Assembly: GCF_006345805.1 (NCBI RefSeq)
Contig: NC_042997.1
Location: forward strand, 172,112,001-172,176,000
DNA length: 64,000 bases
Direction of reading: 5' to 3'
From: Octopus sinensis
Taxonomy: Eukaryota
Position 1 is the stretch's first letter. Every line of letters starts with the position of its first letter. Below are positions 21,624-33,149 of this stretch, one piece after another. The translations under genes and the position numbers were made by a program. The notes beneath the pieces were generated by a model that had not been told where the DNA came from, did not search any database, and worked only from the letters and a program-made list of their open reading frames with translations.

Positions 21624-23664
21624 GAAACTATGGAGGTACCAGCTCGTCAGGTATAGGGGCCGGACGTACTGTCTGACCAGGTTGGGATTCGGGCTGAATT
21701 CAGCTCCGAAGATTATGGCAACAATTCTCAAGGCCGTCCTGGGGAAGGTGGACAGAGTAAAAAGGGCCACCAATTCATACATCGACGACATTCTGGTGGA
21801 TGAAACCGTGATACCAGCAACGGAGGTCATAGGCCACCTGAAGAGTTTGGGACTGATCGCCAAGCCGCCAGAGGCTATGGAGGGAGGTGCTGCACTGGGC
21901 CTCAAGCTATGGAGAGACAAAGCCGGCGCCTTGGTCTTCCGGCGAGGGAATGAGATCCCTGAACTGGGCGCCAGCATGAGTAGACGGGAGCTGTTCTCTG
22001 TGTGTGGGAAGCTGGTGGGACACTACCCGATTGCAGGCTGGCTCCGGACAGCATGCAGCTTCATCAAGAGACGAGCCGAAGGAGTGAAGTGGAATGATAA
22101 AGTGGGGGAGAGGACGATCAACATGATGCAGGAAGTCCTGGTCAGAGTAAGAGCAGAGGACCCGGTGAGGGGCAGCTGGTACGTTCCCAAATCAAAGAGC
22201 GGGATCGTATGGTGTGACGCCAGTAGCATCGCAATAGGGGTTGTCTTGGAAGTGGGAGGTGTCACGGTGGAAGATGCAGCCTGGCTCAGGAAGATGGATG
22301 ACTGCAGTCACATCAACGTGGCGGAGTTGGAAGCCGTGCTGAAGGGGGTGAACCTAACCTTGAAGTGGGGGTTGCACACCATAGAAATCAGGACTGATTC
22401 AGCCACTGTACTTGGTTGGGCGATGGCAGTCATCACCATTGAGCGGAGGGTGCGGACCAAAGGGGCTGCAGAGATGCTGGTAAAGCGTCGATTGGGGATA
22501 CTGCGTGAACTGACCACTGAGTTCAATCTGAAGCTGAGCGTGATCTTTGTGCCTTCCGAGAAGAACAGGGCAGACGTCCTGACCAGGGTTAAGCGAGCCT
22601 GGTTGCAAGTGCCAGAGGATGCGAAGCAGGATGTAGCTGCAGTATGCCATCTGAGCGACTCGGAGTTGCGGAGACTGCACACCATGCATCACATGGGTGT
22701 GGACAGGACGTTGTTCCTGGCCAGAAAAGTCGACTCCGACGTAACAAGACAGAGCGTGCGGAGAGTGGTTAGCAGTTGTAACAGGTGCCAGTCCATCGAC
22801 CCTGCTCCGGTCGTGCATGAAGCGGGAAGTATTCCAGTGGACCAGGACTGGAGACGACTGGCGGTGGACATAACACACTACCGGCAGGGGACATACCTCT
22901 CAATGGTTGACTGCGGACCGGGGCGGTTCGCCATATGGAGGGAGATGAGGTCAGGAACCGCAGAAGAAATTGCGAAAGTGCTGAACGAGATATTCCTGGA
23001 ACGAGGCCCTGTGGATGAACTGCTTCTGGACAACGGCACTGCATTTCGCTCGGAGGCGCTGAGAGAAATGCTTGATGAGTGGAAGGTCAACTGCTTCTTC
23101 AGGGCGGCATACCGGCCAAGTGGAAACGGGGTGGTGGAAAGGCATCATCGTACCATCAAGGCCATGGCAGAGAGGGGTCACATTTCACCAGTCGAGGCCG
23201 TGTTTTGGTACAACATGTCGCCCAGATCAGGACAGGCCGAGGAGTCGGTGCCACACAGGGCAATATTCAGGTACGAGTGGAGGCATCCGTGTACTACATC
23301 AATGCAACCCGGGGCAGAGGAAGAGCAAGCCTTCGTGCAGGTCGGGGAGGAAGTCTGGGTGAAACCCCCGAACGCACGGTGTACATCGCAATGGGGAAAG
23401 GGGACAATAACCTCCGTAAATTCAAAGAATAACATCTCGGTAGATGGTATGCCACGCCACGTTTTGGACATACGGAGGATTGTCCATGCCCCGGAGGATG
23501 GGACAAGCAACAGTGGGCAAGACGATAACAACAGACAGGATGACGAGGTCGGCAGCAACACGCCAGAAACAAGTCCTAGGGTCGCACTGCGACCACAGAG
23601 GGAGCGGCACCCTCCTCCCTGGTTGGCTGACTACGAAACCAGTTTCAGGTGCGGGAGCGAGTGA
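21598..23664 (+). CDS. pol: Gypsy Pol remainder: RT (YIDD), RNase H, integrase (HHCC, DDE, GPY/F-like)
   Basis: AYLQVHVAEKLWRYQ, LGFGLNSAPKIM, YIDDILV, WCDASS, NVAELEAV, RTDS, H..HHMG...CNRC, AVDITH, LDNGTAF and NGVVERHHRTIK. Confidence 0.92.
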   Translation, partial: AYLQVHVAEKLWRYQLVRYRGRTYCLTRLGFGLNSAPKIMATILKAVLGKVDRVKRATNSYIDDILVDETVIPATEVIGHLKSLGLIAKPPEAMEGGAALGLKLWRDKAGALVFRRGNEIPELGASMSRRELFSVCGKLVGHYPIAGWLRTACSFIKRRAEGVKWNDKVGERTINMMQEVLVRVRAEDPVRGSWYVPKSKSGIVWCDASSIAIGVVLEVGGVTVEDAAWLRKMDDCSHINVAELEAVLKGVNLTLKWGLHTIEIRTDSATVLGWAMAVITIERRVRTKGAAEMLVKRRLGILRELTTEFNLKLSVIFVPSEKNRADVLTRVKRAWLQVPEDAKQDVAAVCHLSDSELRRLHTMHHMGVDRTLFLARKVDSDVTRQSVRRVVSSCNRCQSIDPAPVVHEAGSIPVDQDWRRLAVDITHYRQGTYLSMVDCGPGRFAIWREMRSGTAEEIAKVLNEIFLERGPVDELLLDNGTAFRSEALREMLDEWKVNCFFRAAYRPSGNGVVERHHRTIKAMAERGHISPVEAVFWYNMSPRSGQAEESVPHRAIFRYEWRHPCTTSMQPGAEEEQAFVQVGEEVWVKPPNARCTSQWGKGTITSVNSKNNISVDGMPRHVLDIRRIVHAPEDGTSNSGQDDNNRQDDEVGSNTPETSPRVALRPQRERHPPPWLADYETSFRCGSE

Positions 23665-23700
23665 GGAAGCCGGTTCAGTGATCTATAGATCAGGGGGGCG

Positions 23701-23976
23701 TGTGGTGTGGTGATGAGGGAGTGTGACAGAGAGGAAGGGAGCGGAAGTGGGTCTTGCAGGTCTCGCAGGGCGCATGCGCCGGCGGAAGCGGAAGTGAGAG
23801 ACAGAACGCACGTGCGGCATCGACCAGGGCAGTCAGACTCGAGAACGACGCCAAGACGACAAGACGCTAGCAAGTTGGCTCAAGGCGAATCCGGCTTCAT
23901 CTCTGCAGGTAAGACCAAATTACACTTCTAATTCTTTTCCTTGTTCTGTTACGCTCCTTTCACCACACTTATCACA
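23701..23976 (+). repeat. 3' LTR
   Basis: Direct repeat of 19856-20131. Confidence 0.97.
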
Positions 23977-24695
23977 AGAAGGGAGAAGGAAACAGAGTGA
24001 TACTGGTCAATGAATGAAAAGTAGAAGACAAGGAGAAAACAGGATATAGATGGAAGTGGAAGAAGCAAAAAAACATATATCTAAAGTGTTAATATTAGAA
24101 CTGGTAAGATATTTAAACATTCAAAACAAAAAGCTGGAATAATAACATTATGTGAAATGAGAGGTTTTTGATTACATAAATAAATAGATAAATTGATTTT
24201 GATATTAAAATGGGTAATGGGTTAATTAGATTAAATAAAATAATTTCATTTAATTTAATATCATTTTATTTTATCTGTTTGACTTATTCTGCCTTTAAAT
24301 TTCGAAATCTCATTTTATTAAAGCTTAATTCAATCTTATTTCCCTTTTTCTTTTCCCATTCACTATTTCAATATTTTAATTTTTTTTTTAATATGTTAAT
24401 ATTTTATTTATATTTTGACTTCTTCAGAATTAAAGTTTAACTCAAGTGTTTCTTCTTCATAGGCACTTATTGCAAAGGAGATAATCATTTCTTTATAATA
24501 TTTAGTGGGATTAGAAATTTGAATTTTAAACTAAGGAATAATAGGGAAAAAGACGCACACAATTCACATATTTATTTTTTGCTCTTTAATTTAAAAATTT
24601 TTTTCATATATTACAAAATTCTTAAAATTTATAGTTTATAGTAGTAGACATGTAGTTTAATTTCTCTCCCCACCAGTAATGAGAGCACTAATAAA

Positions 24696-25750
24696 CAGGA
24701 GTTGGACAAAATAATTGAAACGCCTAGCATCATAACATCAAAATTTTAAAATATCTATAAAACTGTCAAAAGCTTGTTTATTTTTATGTTTTTTGATTTA
24801 TTATTAGTGTTGCCTAATATTTTTTGCTAAAATTGCTGTTTCTTTTCAGATATCATCAGAAAAAGGGAATTTAAATTCATTAAAATGACAGATCTATCAG
24901 ACTTTCAAAGAGGTCAAATTGTTGGTGCTCGTATGGCAGGGACTAGCGTAATGAAAACAGCCGAAATGTTCAGTGTATCAAGAAGTACTGTCTTGAAAGT
25001 AATGATAACCTTTGATGAAAAGAGAAAAACCTCCTCATCGAAACAGAACTCCAAAAGAAAAGCAAAACTTTCAGATAGGGACCATCAAATTCTTACACGA
25101 ATTGTTAGAAAGTATCACAATAGTACAGCTCCCAAAATTACTGCAGAGCTTAATGACCACCTCAAGAACACAGTTTCCACAAAAACTGTTCGCCGGGAGC
25201 TGCACAAAGCCGGATTTCATGGGAGGGCTGCAATCAGAAAACCACTACTTCAAAAACAAATGTTGCAAAGCTTTTAGAGTGGAGTAAAAACCTACAGAAT
25301 TGGTCCCTAGAGCAGTGGTAGAATGTTATTTTCTCAGATGAGTCATCCTGTACCACCGGCCAAGTATATGTGCGGAGACAGCCTTCTTCCAACTGTTAAA
25401 CATGGAGGAGGATCTGTGATGATCTGGGGGGATATATCTCGGATATCCACCAGCCCCATGGCAGAATTAATAGCCAAGACTATTTAAGCATTTTATCTGA
25501 TCAAATTCCTCCTATGGTTGCGGAACGGTTTCCGGGGGAAAATGCAATCCTTCAGGATGATAATGCACCAATTCACACAGCTAAAGTTGTTACTGAACGG
25601 CACGAGGAACATTCTAGTGAAGTTGAACATCTTATCTGGCCACCACAGTCCCCAAATCTCAATATTATTGAATATTTATGGTACATTTTAGAAAAACAAG
25701 GAGTCGATATCCTCCACCATCATCACTACAAGAACTGGAGACTTTTCCCT
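24696..25750 (+). mobile_element. Tc1-like (DD34E) transposon, frameshifted and 3'-truncated
   Basis: Left TIR CAGGAGTTGGACAAAATAATTGAAAC; MTDLSDFQRGQIVGARMAG, VIFSDES, LQDDNAPIH and WPPQSPNLNIIE. Confidence 0.88.
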
Positions 25751-25971
25751 ATATAGCTGATGGTGGACTTCAGTGAACAGACATAAATTTCCTGTGCTCA
25801 GCTGGTCTGTCACATGATGGGATAGATAGCCCTTGCAAAGCTAGAAAGGCTAAATTGATGTGTAACCCATCATGTGACCAGGTCATGTGACCACTTATAG
25901 AAAGCACAATGTATGATCCAATATGTGCTTATTTAAAAGTAAATAAACAAACTGTGAACATATTCTTGCTA

Positions 25972-26353
25972 CATCATCATCATCGTTTAATGTCTGCTTT
26001 CCATGCTAGCACAGGTTGGACGATTTGACTGAGGTCAGGCGAATCACATGGCTGCACCAGGCTCCAATCTGATCTGGCAGAGTTTCTACAGCTGGATGCC
26101 CTTCCTAACACCAACCACTCCGAGAGTGTAGTGGGTGCTTTTACGTGCCACCAGCATGAGGGCCGGTTAGGCAGTACTGGCAGTGGTCTCGCTCAAATGG
26201 TGCTTTTTATGTGCCACATGCACAGGAGACAGTCCAGCGACCCTGGCAACGACGTTGCTCGAATGTTTTTTCCCGTGCCACCAGCACAAGTGCCAGTAAG
26301 GCAATGCAGGTAACGATCACGCTTGAATGCTGCTTTTTACGTGCCATCAGCAT
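25972..26353 (-). mobile_element. RTE 3' tail fragment
   Basis: (CAT)n tail, CAGCTGGATGCCCTTCCTAAC box and GTGCC repeats. Confidence 0.85.
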
Positions 26354-26848
26354 GTACTTTTAAGATAATACAGTGATACAGCAGCTCTCAGTACTAAGCC
26401 ATTACAACACAAGTCTTACAGTGAATCTACATCAATTACAGGAAATAATATTTCTTTAATGCACCAATTTATATATACACTCTGTATTTGTTTGAATGTT
26501 TCAGCATGTCATCTGAATTTCATTTTCAAAACTTATATATACTTTAATATATTTTTAATGTATTTATCTCTTTATTTATGGAATCAAAGACCTCTCATTC
26601 CAAATATATTATTATTCCTACTGTTAGCTTTGAATTCTTAAACATCTTCTCTACATGAATATTAACTCTTAAATTTTTTTATTTCTCCATATTCAATTTG
26701 TTCACATCATGCTCTTCATTTTCTTCTACTCCTCATCCATCATTCTACACTCTTAAGTTTAAATTCTTTCCCCTCTTCTTTTTCTCCATTAATCTCACTT
26801 TCTTTTTTTCCCCTCCATCCTCCCTTCTCTCTCTCTCTCTCTCTCTCA

Positions 26849-26891
<43 letters not shown>

Positions 26892-28069
26892 ATACACACA
26901 CACTTACTTTCTCCAGATAAACTTTGTTAGGTATTTATAGACAGAAAAATCCATGCCTTGGAGTCCCTCTCTCTTCTTCTTATTCTCTATTCCTTTCCAT
27001 TGTTTTTCTTTGCAAAAGAATGGTCTCTCTTTGCTCTTTACTCTTTTACTTGTTTCAGTCATTTGACTGTGGCCATGCTAGCCACCTAGCCACACACCTT
27101 CACAGAGTTATCTGGGAACTAAACAACACAACTCATCACAGACCACCATTATACAGAACACAGTTCTTTAGAAATATATGAAATACATCAATATGTATAA
27201 ATACATTCTTCAACCCGTCATTTTGTCCGACACAATTTGTTTCTCTTATTCCACCTACAAACAGTGAACATTTGCTCTGTTCTTCCTTTTTCGAACTGGC
27301 TTCTGTTTCAATATATGTTAGTAAGTATTTATGGAAAATAAATACATTAAAATTAATTGATCTAATAAAAAATACTGTCATTGAGGAAAAAAATAATCAC
27401 TTTTATTCAAACAAATATACTTATAATACAGAATATTTCCAGAATGGCGATGATGAATGTACATATAGATGAAATAATACAAGACTTTATCTATGTCATA
27501 GCTGTTAAAATACCAAACTATAGTCAAAATAACTAAATGTCTGAGATGTGTATATGTCAAAGTGTCTGGGAATAGCTTCTGTTAATTATATAACAGTTAA
27601 TTATATCATAATTATATCATAGGTTTTGGCTGATTAACCTCATTTTTAGCGATGAAAATATATTTTTATTGATTATATATCAGTTTCCAATTGGCATCTG
27701 GTGTTCTGTTCATGGATGTGTGCATCATACTAGAATGGATTCCTTTGTAATTGCTTGTGGAATATGAAATGTAATAAGTATGTGCTTTATTTATATAAGG
27801 ACCTACATCTCACTGTTTATCAATATACCCAACAACTTCTTCCATTTACTCTTATAATTAGAATTCTACAGACCATGCATAAAGAAAAAAAAAAGATAAA
27901 GTTCCTTCTTGAGTTGTATAGACTCATAGGACCAGATTCCCAATTTCCATGGTATGTATATTTCTCACCATTTTTGCAAGTTGAGTGGACTGGAGCAATG
28001 TGAAATGAAGTGTTTTGCTTAAGAACACAATGTAGCAGCTGGTCCAGGAATCAAAACCACTATCTTACA

Positions 28070-28388
28070 CAGTTCTATATTTAAGTGATGAGGAATTATG
28101 TACATTATTTACATTATTTACATATGGCATAGTGGTTTAGAGTGCGGGCTACTAACCCCAAGATTCCGAGTTTGATTCCAAGCAGTGACCTGAACAATAA
28201 CAACAACAACAACAACAATAATAATAACAACAACAACATTTAAAAATACATTAGGAATGAGAACCCAGGTTCAAAATTTCCCCAAGACACCTGATGAAGG
28301 TTGGAGGGTATATCAGCCGAAACATTGTGTTAAGAACACACACGATGAGGACAAATATCGGTCAAATGTAAATAATGTAAATAATGTA
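28070..28388 (+). mobile_element. tRNA-headed, hammerhead-ribozyme-bearing element with an inverted Penelope-style tail
   Basis: 12-bp TSD CACTATCTTACA (28058-28069 and 28389-28400); inverted tail at 28070-28122; A-box TGGCATAGTGG at 28125; B-box-like AGTTTGATTCC at 28169; (AAC/AAT)n; HHR at 28286-28331. Confidence 0.75.
28286..28331 (+). ncRNA. Minimal type I hammerhead ribozyme motif (family 1)
   Basis: Stem I GACAC/GTGTT, core CTGATGA plus an extra A, stem II GGTTG/CAGCC, then GAAAC and ATT (GTT in the sister copy). Confidence 0.75.
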
Positions 28389-28489
28389 CACTATCTTACA
28401 ATCATGAGTTCAACACTCTAACAACTAAGTCACATGCCTCCACACAGACCATACACCTTACGTAAGAAATATCAATATTTTAAGGAACT

Positions 28490-28705
28490 AAGGTGGTGAG
28501 CTGGCAGGACTGTTAGCATGTTGGACAAAATGCTCTGTAGCATTTTGCCCATCTTTATGTTCTGAGTTCAAATTCCACCAAGGTTAACTTTGCCTTTTGT
28601 CCTTTTAGGATCAGTAAAATAAGTACCAGTTGAGCACTTGAGCTGATGTAATCGACTTACCCCCACCCCTTCGAACTTGTTGGCCTTGTGCCAACATTTG
28701 AAACC
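28490..28705 (+). mobile_element. SINE family A variant
   Basis: Head AGGTGGTGAGCTGGCAG with the alternative tail GGCCTTGTGCCAACATTTGAAACC. Confidence 0.75.
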
Positions 28706-28715
28706 TGTATTTTAA

Positions 28716-28937
28716 CCTTTTTGATACCAAGCCGGCCAAAACCGCCTCTGGTTCTGTAGTACAAATGTCTTGTTTTCATAATTATTGAATTAAAATCTTC
28801 CACCAAACCTTAGTAACAATTTATGTTCCCAACACTAGCTTAATGATAACTAAGTTCTTTTATTAAATTTTTTGTTATATTTAAAATTAATTGATTGAAA
28901 CACAGAGCATCTCAAAATAAATATGGTAACAAAAGGG
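28716..28937. mobile_element. piggyBac-type MITE
   Basis: TTAA|CCTTTTTGATACCA ... TGGTAACAAAAGGG|TTAA. Confidence 0.75.
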
Positions 28938-29449
28938 TTAAGGAATTAAGTTTCTATGAAAATAGCCACAAGGTTAACTGTCAAAATCACAGACTTAGGC
29001 TTCTCATAATGTACAGTCACAGAAATGGGGATAACTTATAATAATCACTAGCAATCAATACTCAGTCTTAATACAATCCAGTGAATCCACTACCACTGGT
29101 CTATGTCCTGCCTGCTGTGATTATATGATCACCATAGCAACATCTCTGACAAACTGAAAGTATTTAAGCAGATTCTAACAGGCTTTAACCATTCCTCATT
29201 TGGTATAATTACACAATCATAATATACAGCTATGATATCATCCCAGTTTTTTCTACTGATGCAATTTAAACAAGATGTCAACATGAATATCTCTCATCAC
29301 ATTTACTATCTGAAAGGATCATAAACCTTATTTTAGCAGCTAATTGTTCATCAACTGGTGTTTTAAATTAGAATAATAAACAGCAAGAAAGAACTCTGGA
29401 GGGATTCATTTTATGTCGAAAATTGCTGGTAGGAAACTTTCTAGTAATA

Positions 29450-29663
29450 TTCACTTCAAATTTTGGCCCGAGGCCAGCAATTTCAGGGGAGGAAATAAGT
29501 TGATTAAATCGACCCACAGTGCTCAACTGGTATTTATTTAATCAACCTTGAAAGGATGAAAGGCAAGGCTGATCTCAGAGGGATGTAAATTTGGAATGTA
29601 AAGATGGATGAAATGCTGCAAGAATTTTGCCCGGCATGCTAACAATTCTGCCAGATTGCCACC
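29450..29663 (-). mobile_element. SINE family A variant, degenerate
   Basis: Reverse-complement match to the family A head and body. Confidence 0.7.
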
Positions 29664-29688
29664 TAACTACCACCCTACCACCCTTAAT

Positions 29689-30337
29689 AATCCTTTCTGC
29701 TATATGTACAAGGTCTGAAATTTCGTGGGAGAAGTTAAGTTGGTTACATTGACTCCTGTACTTATCTGGTACTTATCTTATCGACCCCAAAAAGATGAAA
29801 AGCAAAATCAACCTCAGAGGAATTTGAACCTAGAACATTAACTATTTACTGTTTTACTGTCTTACTTGTTCCAGTCATTTGACTGTGGCCATGCTGAAGC
29901 ACCGCCTTTAGTCAAGCAAATCGACCCCAGGACTTATTCTTTGTAAGCCTAGTACTTATTCTATCGGTATCTTTTGCCGAACCACTAAGATACAGGGACG
30001 TAAACACACCAGCATCGGTTGTCAAGCGATATTGGGGGGACAAACACAGACACACAAACATATACACACAGACACACAAACATATACACACACACACATA
30101 TATATGTACATATATACGACAGGCTTCTTTCAGTTTCCGTCTAGCAAATCCAGTCATAAGGATTTGGTCAGCCTGAGGCTATAGTAGAAGACACTTGCCC
30201 AAGATGCCACTCAGTGGGACTGAACCCAGAACCATGTGGTTTGTAAGCAAGCTACTTACCACACAGCCACTCCTATGTTAAGATAGACAAAATGTTGTTT
30301 GACATTTTGCCTGGCATGCTAACGGTTCTACCACCTT
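29689..30337 (-). mobile_element. SINE family A variant interrupted by a family B SINE
   Basis: The body at 29689-29840 and the head at 30280-30337 flank the family B copy. Confidence 0.65.
29860..30275 (-). mobile_element. SINE family B, full length, nested
   Basis: Matches family B. Confidence 0.85.
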
Positions 30338-30716
30338 AAATTTTCAAATTATATTGCAGTCTTTAAGAATAACTGCAAAGGTTCAGTTATCAGGGCCCAC
30401 TGTTGAGTTCCTCCAATTTGCTAGATTTATTTATGCTGCTAACTGATAACAAATCCACAGAATTGCCATACAGACAGAGTGAAACCAGTGCAAAACAATC
30501 ATGTCTGTTTTGTTTCTACTAGAATTATTTTAAAGAGATTAAATTCTGAAGATTGCAGTTCAATAATGTTATTCCGATAACATTATTGATAACATTAATC
30601 AATAGCTGTACAGAAAAGCCATCACAAGGAAATCTTATTTTTGCAGGAATTTTAGTGTATTTTTCCCTTATTACATCAGAAAAATCTTATATACAGCCAA
30701 AATATATCAACATATA

Positions 30717-31116
30717 GGCGCAGGAGTGGCTTTGTGGTAAGTAGCTTGTCTACCAACCACATGGTTCCGGGTTCAGTCCCACTGCGTGGCACCTTGGGCA
30801 AGTGTCTTCTACTATAGCCTCGGGGCGACCAAACCCTTGTGAGTGGGTTTGGTAGACGGAAACTGAAAGAGGCCCGTCGTATATATGTATATATATATAT
30901 ATGCGTGTGTGTGTTTGTGTGTCTGTGTCTGTCCCCTAGCATTGCTTGACAACCGATGCTGGTGTGTTTATGTCCCCGTTACTTAGCGGTTCGGCAAAAG
31001 AGACCGATAGAATAAGTACTGGGCTTACAAAAGAATAAATCCCGGGGTCAAGTTGCTCGATTAAAGGCGGTGCTCCAGCATGGCCGCAGTCAAATGACTG
31101 AAACAAGTAAAAGAGT
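30717..31116 (+). mobile_element. SINE family B, full length and well preserved
   Basis: GGCGCAGGAGTGGCTTTGTGGTAAG...GGTTCAGTCCC...GGCACCTTGGGCAAGTG...GACTGAAACAAGTAAAAGAGT. Confidence 0.9.
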
Positions 31117-31209
31117 ATATGATTACAATTTCACATTTCTTTGAAAAAGAGTGAAAAAAAAAGGGGATTCTATTTGTATATTTATTTATAGCTTAGTTTT
31201 TTTTAATTT

Positions 31210-31429
31210 CTTTTATCTTTTATCCTTTATTTGCTCCGGTCCATTAGATCGCGGCCATGCTGGAGCACTGCCTCGAGGAGCTTTTAGTCAGACTTATCGA
31301 CCCCAGTATTTATTTCCTTTTTAAGCCTGGTACTTATTCTATCAGTCTCCTTTGCCAAACCACTAAGTTACAGGGATGTAAACACAACACCAGTTATCAA
31401 GCAGTGGTGGGGACAAATGCAGGCATAAA

Positions 31430-31460
<31 letters not shown>
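31210..31460 (-). mobile_element. SINE family B-related 3' half
   Basis: Tail and body match ending in (CA)n. Confidence 0.65.
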
Positions 31461-31469
<9 letters not shown>

Positions 31470-31481
31470 CATGTGTGTGTG

Positions 31482-31625
31482 TGGAGGCATATGACTTAGT
31501 GGTTAGGGTGTTGGACTCATGATCGTAAGATTGTGGTTTTGATTCCTGGACAAGACAATGTGCTGTGTTCTTGAGCAAAACAATTCACTTCACATTGCTC
31601 CAGTCCACCCAGCTGGCAAAAATGT
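31482..31625 (+). mobile_element. SINE family D 5' part
   Basis: tRNA-like head GGAGGCATATGACTTAGTGGTTAGGGTGTTGGACTCATGATC followed by TTCTTGAGCAAAAC. Confidence 0.7.
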
Positions 31626-31712
31626 CCAGGCGAGGAATATATGCAACACAGAAACTGCAAAAATCGGCCCTCATGTGTCAGTATGACTCAAGAAGGTAAC
31701 TTTACCTTTACC

Positions 31713-31715
<3 letters not shown>

Positions 31716-31748
<33 letters not shown>

Positions 31749-31842
31749 TGTGTGTCTGTGTGTCTGTGTGTGTGTGTGTGTGTCTGTGTGTGTCTGTGTG
31801 TGTGTGTGTGTGTATGTGTGTATGTGTGTGTGTGTGTGTGTC
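31716..31842. repeat. (GT)n/(CTGT) microsatellite
   Basis: Visible directly in the sequence. Confidence 0.95.
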
Positions 31843-32449
31843 TTCTGATTTGGACATTGTGAATATGTCTGGCCTTGAGGGAAATATTACCTTATTTGGA
31901 AGCAGGTGATGGTTGATAACAGCAGGAAGAGCATCCAGCCATAAAACAAAATCTACCTCAATAAACTCTGTCCAACCCATACAACCATGGAAGAGTGGAA
32001 AAAAACCATACCACCATGGAAACAATAAGGAGGAGGTGGGCTTGGTTTAACCGAAGCTCATGAAAGAATACACTTGCCCAAGGTACTGCCTGGAGGAACT
32101 GAACCCCAAAAAGCCACACACTTAGAAAATGAACTTCTTACCCTCACAGCTATGCCTGTACAACACAAAAAATGACAATATATGTTAAGCGGATTCAAAC
32201 ACACTGGCTGTGTGTCTTCAGTTCCATAACTTATCCAACACACAACCATTTATCATAGCTTACTTAATAATGGCATATTATATGCAAATTGATATTAATT
32301 TGTCTTGTAATTAGAGAAAAAATCAATAATTTGTATGTTTTATACTCATTGTCCATATAAGACCACTTATAAAAATATTTCAAACAATTTCCTGTCTTTT
32401 TTGTTCAACAAATCAGAGTTATTTTCTTTATAGTTTGAATGTTTTTTTT

Positions 32450-32664
32450 TCCTTTTATGTATGTATGTATGTCTATATATGCATGCAAATGTGTGCTTTG
32501 TATATATGTTATGTATGTGTATGTTTCTATATATGTGTATATGTATATGTGTGCATATCCATGTGTGAGTATTATGTGTGTTCATATGTGTATGCTTATA
32601 TGAGTATGAGTGTCTAAGTGTATATGCATAAGTGTGTGTGTGTATATATATGCATAAATGTGTG

Positions 32665-32712
<48 letters not shown>

Positions 32713-32900
32713 TGTATGTATGTATGTTTGTAAGTATGTATGTATCAGTGAATATGTGTAAGTATATATGTGTATATAAGTGAGTGTGTGTTGGTGTGTG
32801 GGTGTGGGGTTGCCTGTGTGCGTATATGTGTATGTGTGTGTGTGTACATGGATGTGTATGTGTATGTATGTGTGTGTGAGTGGGTGGGTGTGCGGGAGAG
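32450..32900. repeat. Degenerate (TATG)n/(TG)n low-complexity block
   Basis: Visible directly in the sequence. Confidence 0.9.
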
Positions 32901-32959
32901 AAATGGAGAAATGTCTGGTGTATGTAAAAGAAAACAATGAGAGATATAGAAAGGAAGTG

Positions 32960-33145
32960 AGTAACCGATGCTGGTGTGTTTATGTGCCCTTAACTTAGCG
33001 GTTCAGCAAAAGAGATTGATAGAATAAGTACTAGGCTTACAAAGAATAAGTTCTGGGTTCGATCTGTTCAACTAAAGGTGGTGCTCCTGCATGGTCACAG
33101 TCAAATGACTGACACAAATAGAAGAATAAGAGAATAAGAGAATAA
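32960..33145 (+). mobile_element. SINE family B, 3' half
   Basis: Matches the family B tail and ends in (AGAATA)n. Confidence 0.7.
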
Positions 33146-33149
33146 AAGA

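Larger units (their letters stand above)
19856..23976 (+). mobile_element. Full-length Ty3/Gypsy LTR retrotransposon (recent insertion, RT internally deleted)
   Basis: TG...CA LTRs at 19856-20131 and 23701-23976 (276 bp each, 2 mismatches), TSD AGAAG (19851-19855 and 23977-23981), PPT AGGGGGGCG (23692-23700), and domain order gag-PR-RT-RH-IN. Confidence 0.97.
27975..28445 (-). mobile_element. SINE family D (tRNA head plus TTGAGCAAAACACTTCACTTCAC domain), split by the hammerhead element
   Basis: The two halves at about 27975-28069 and 28389-28445 join to match the copies at 31482 and 53028. Confidence 0.7.

Noticed and set aside
24000-24700. Possible mitochondrial insertion in very AT-rich sequence
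   Set aside because: No recognisable mitochondrial gene or tRNA is present.
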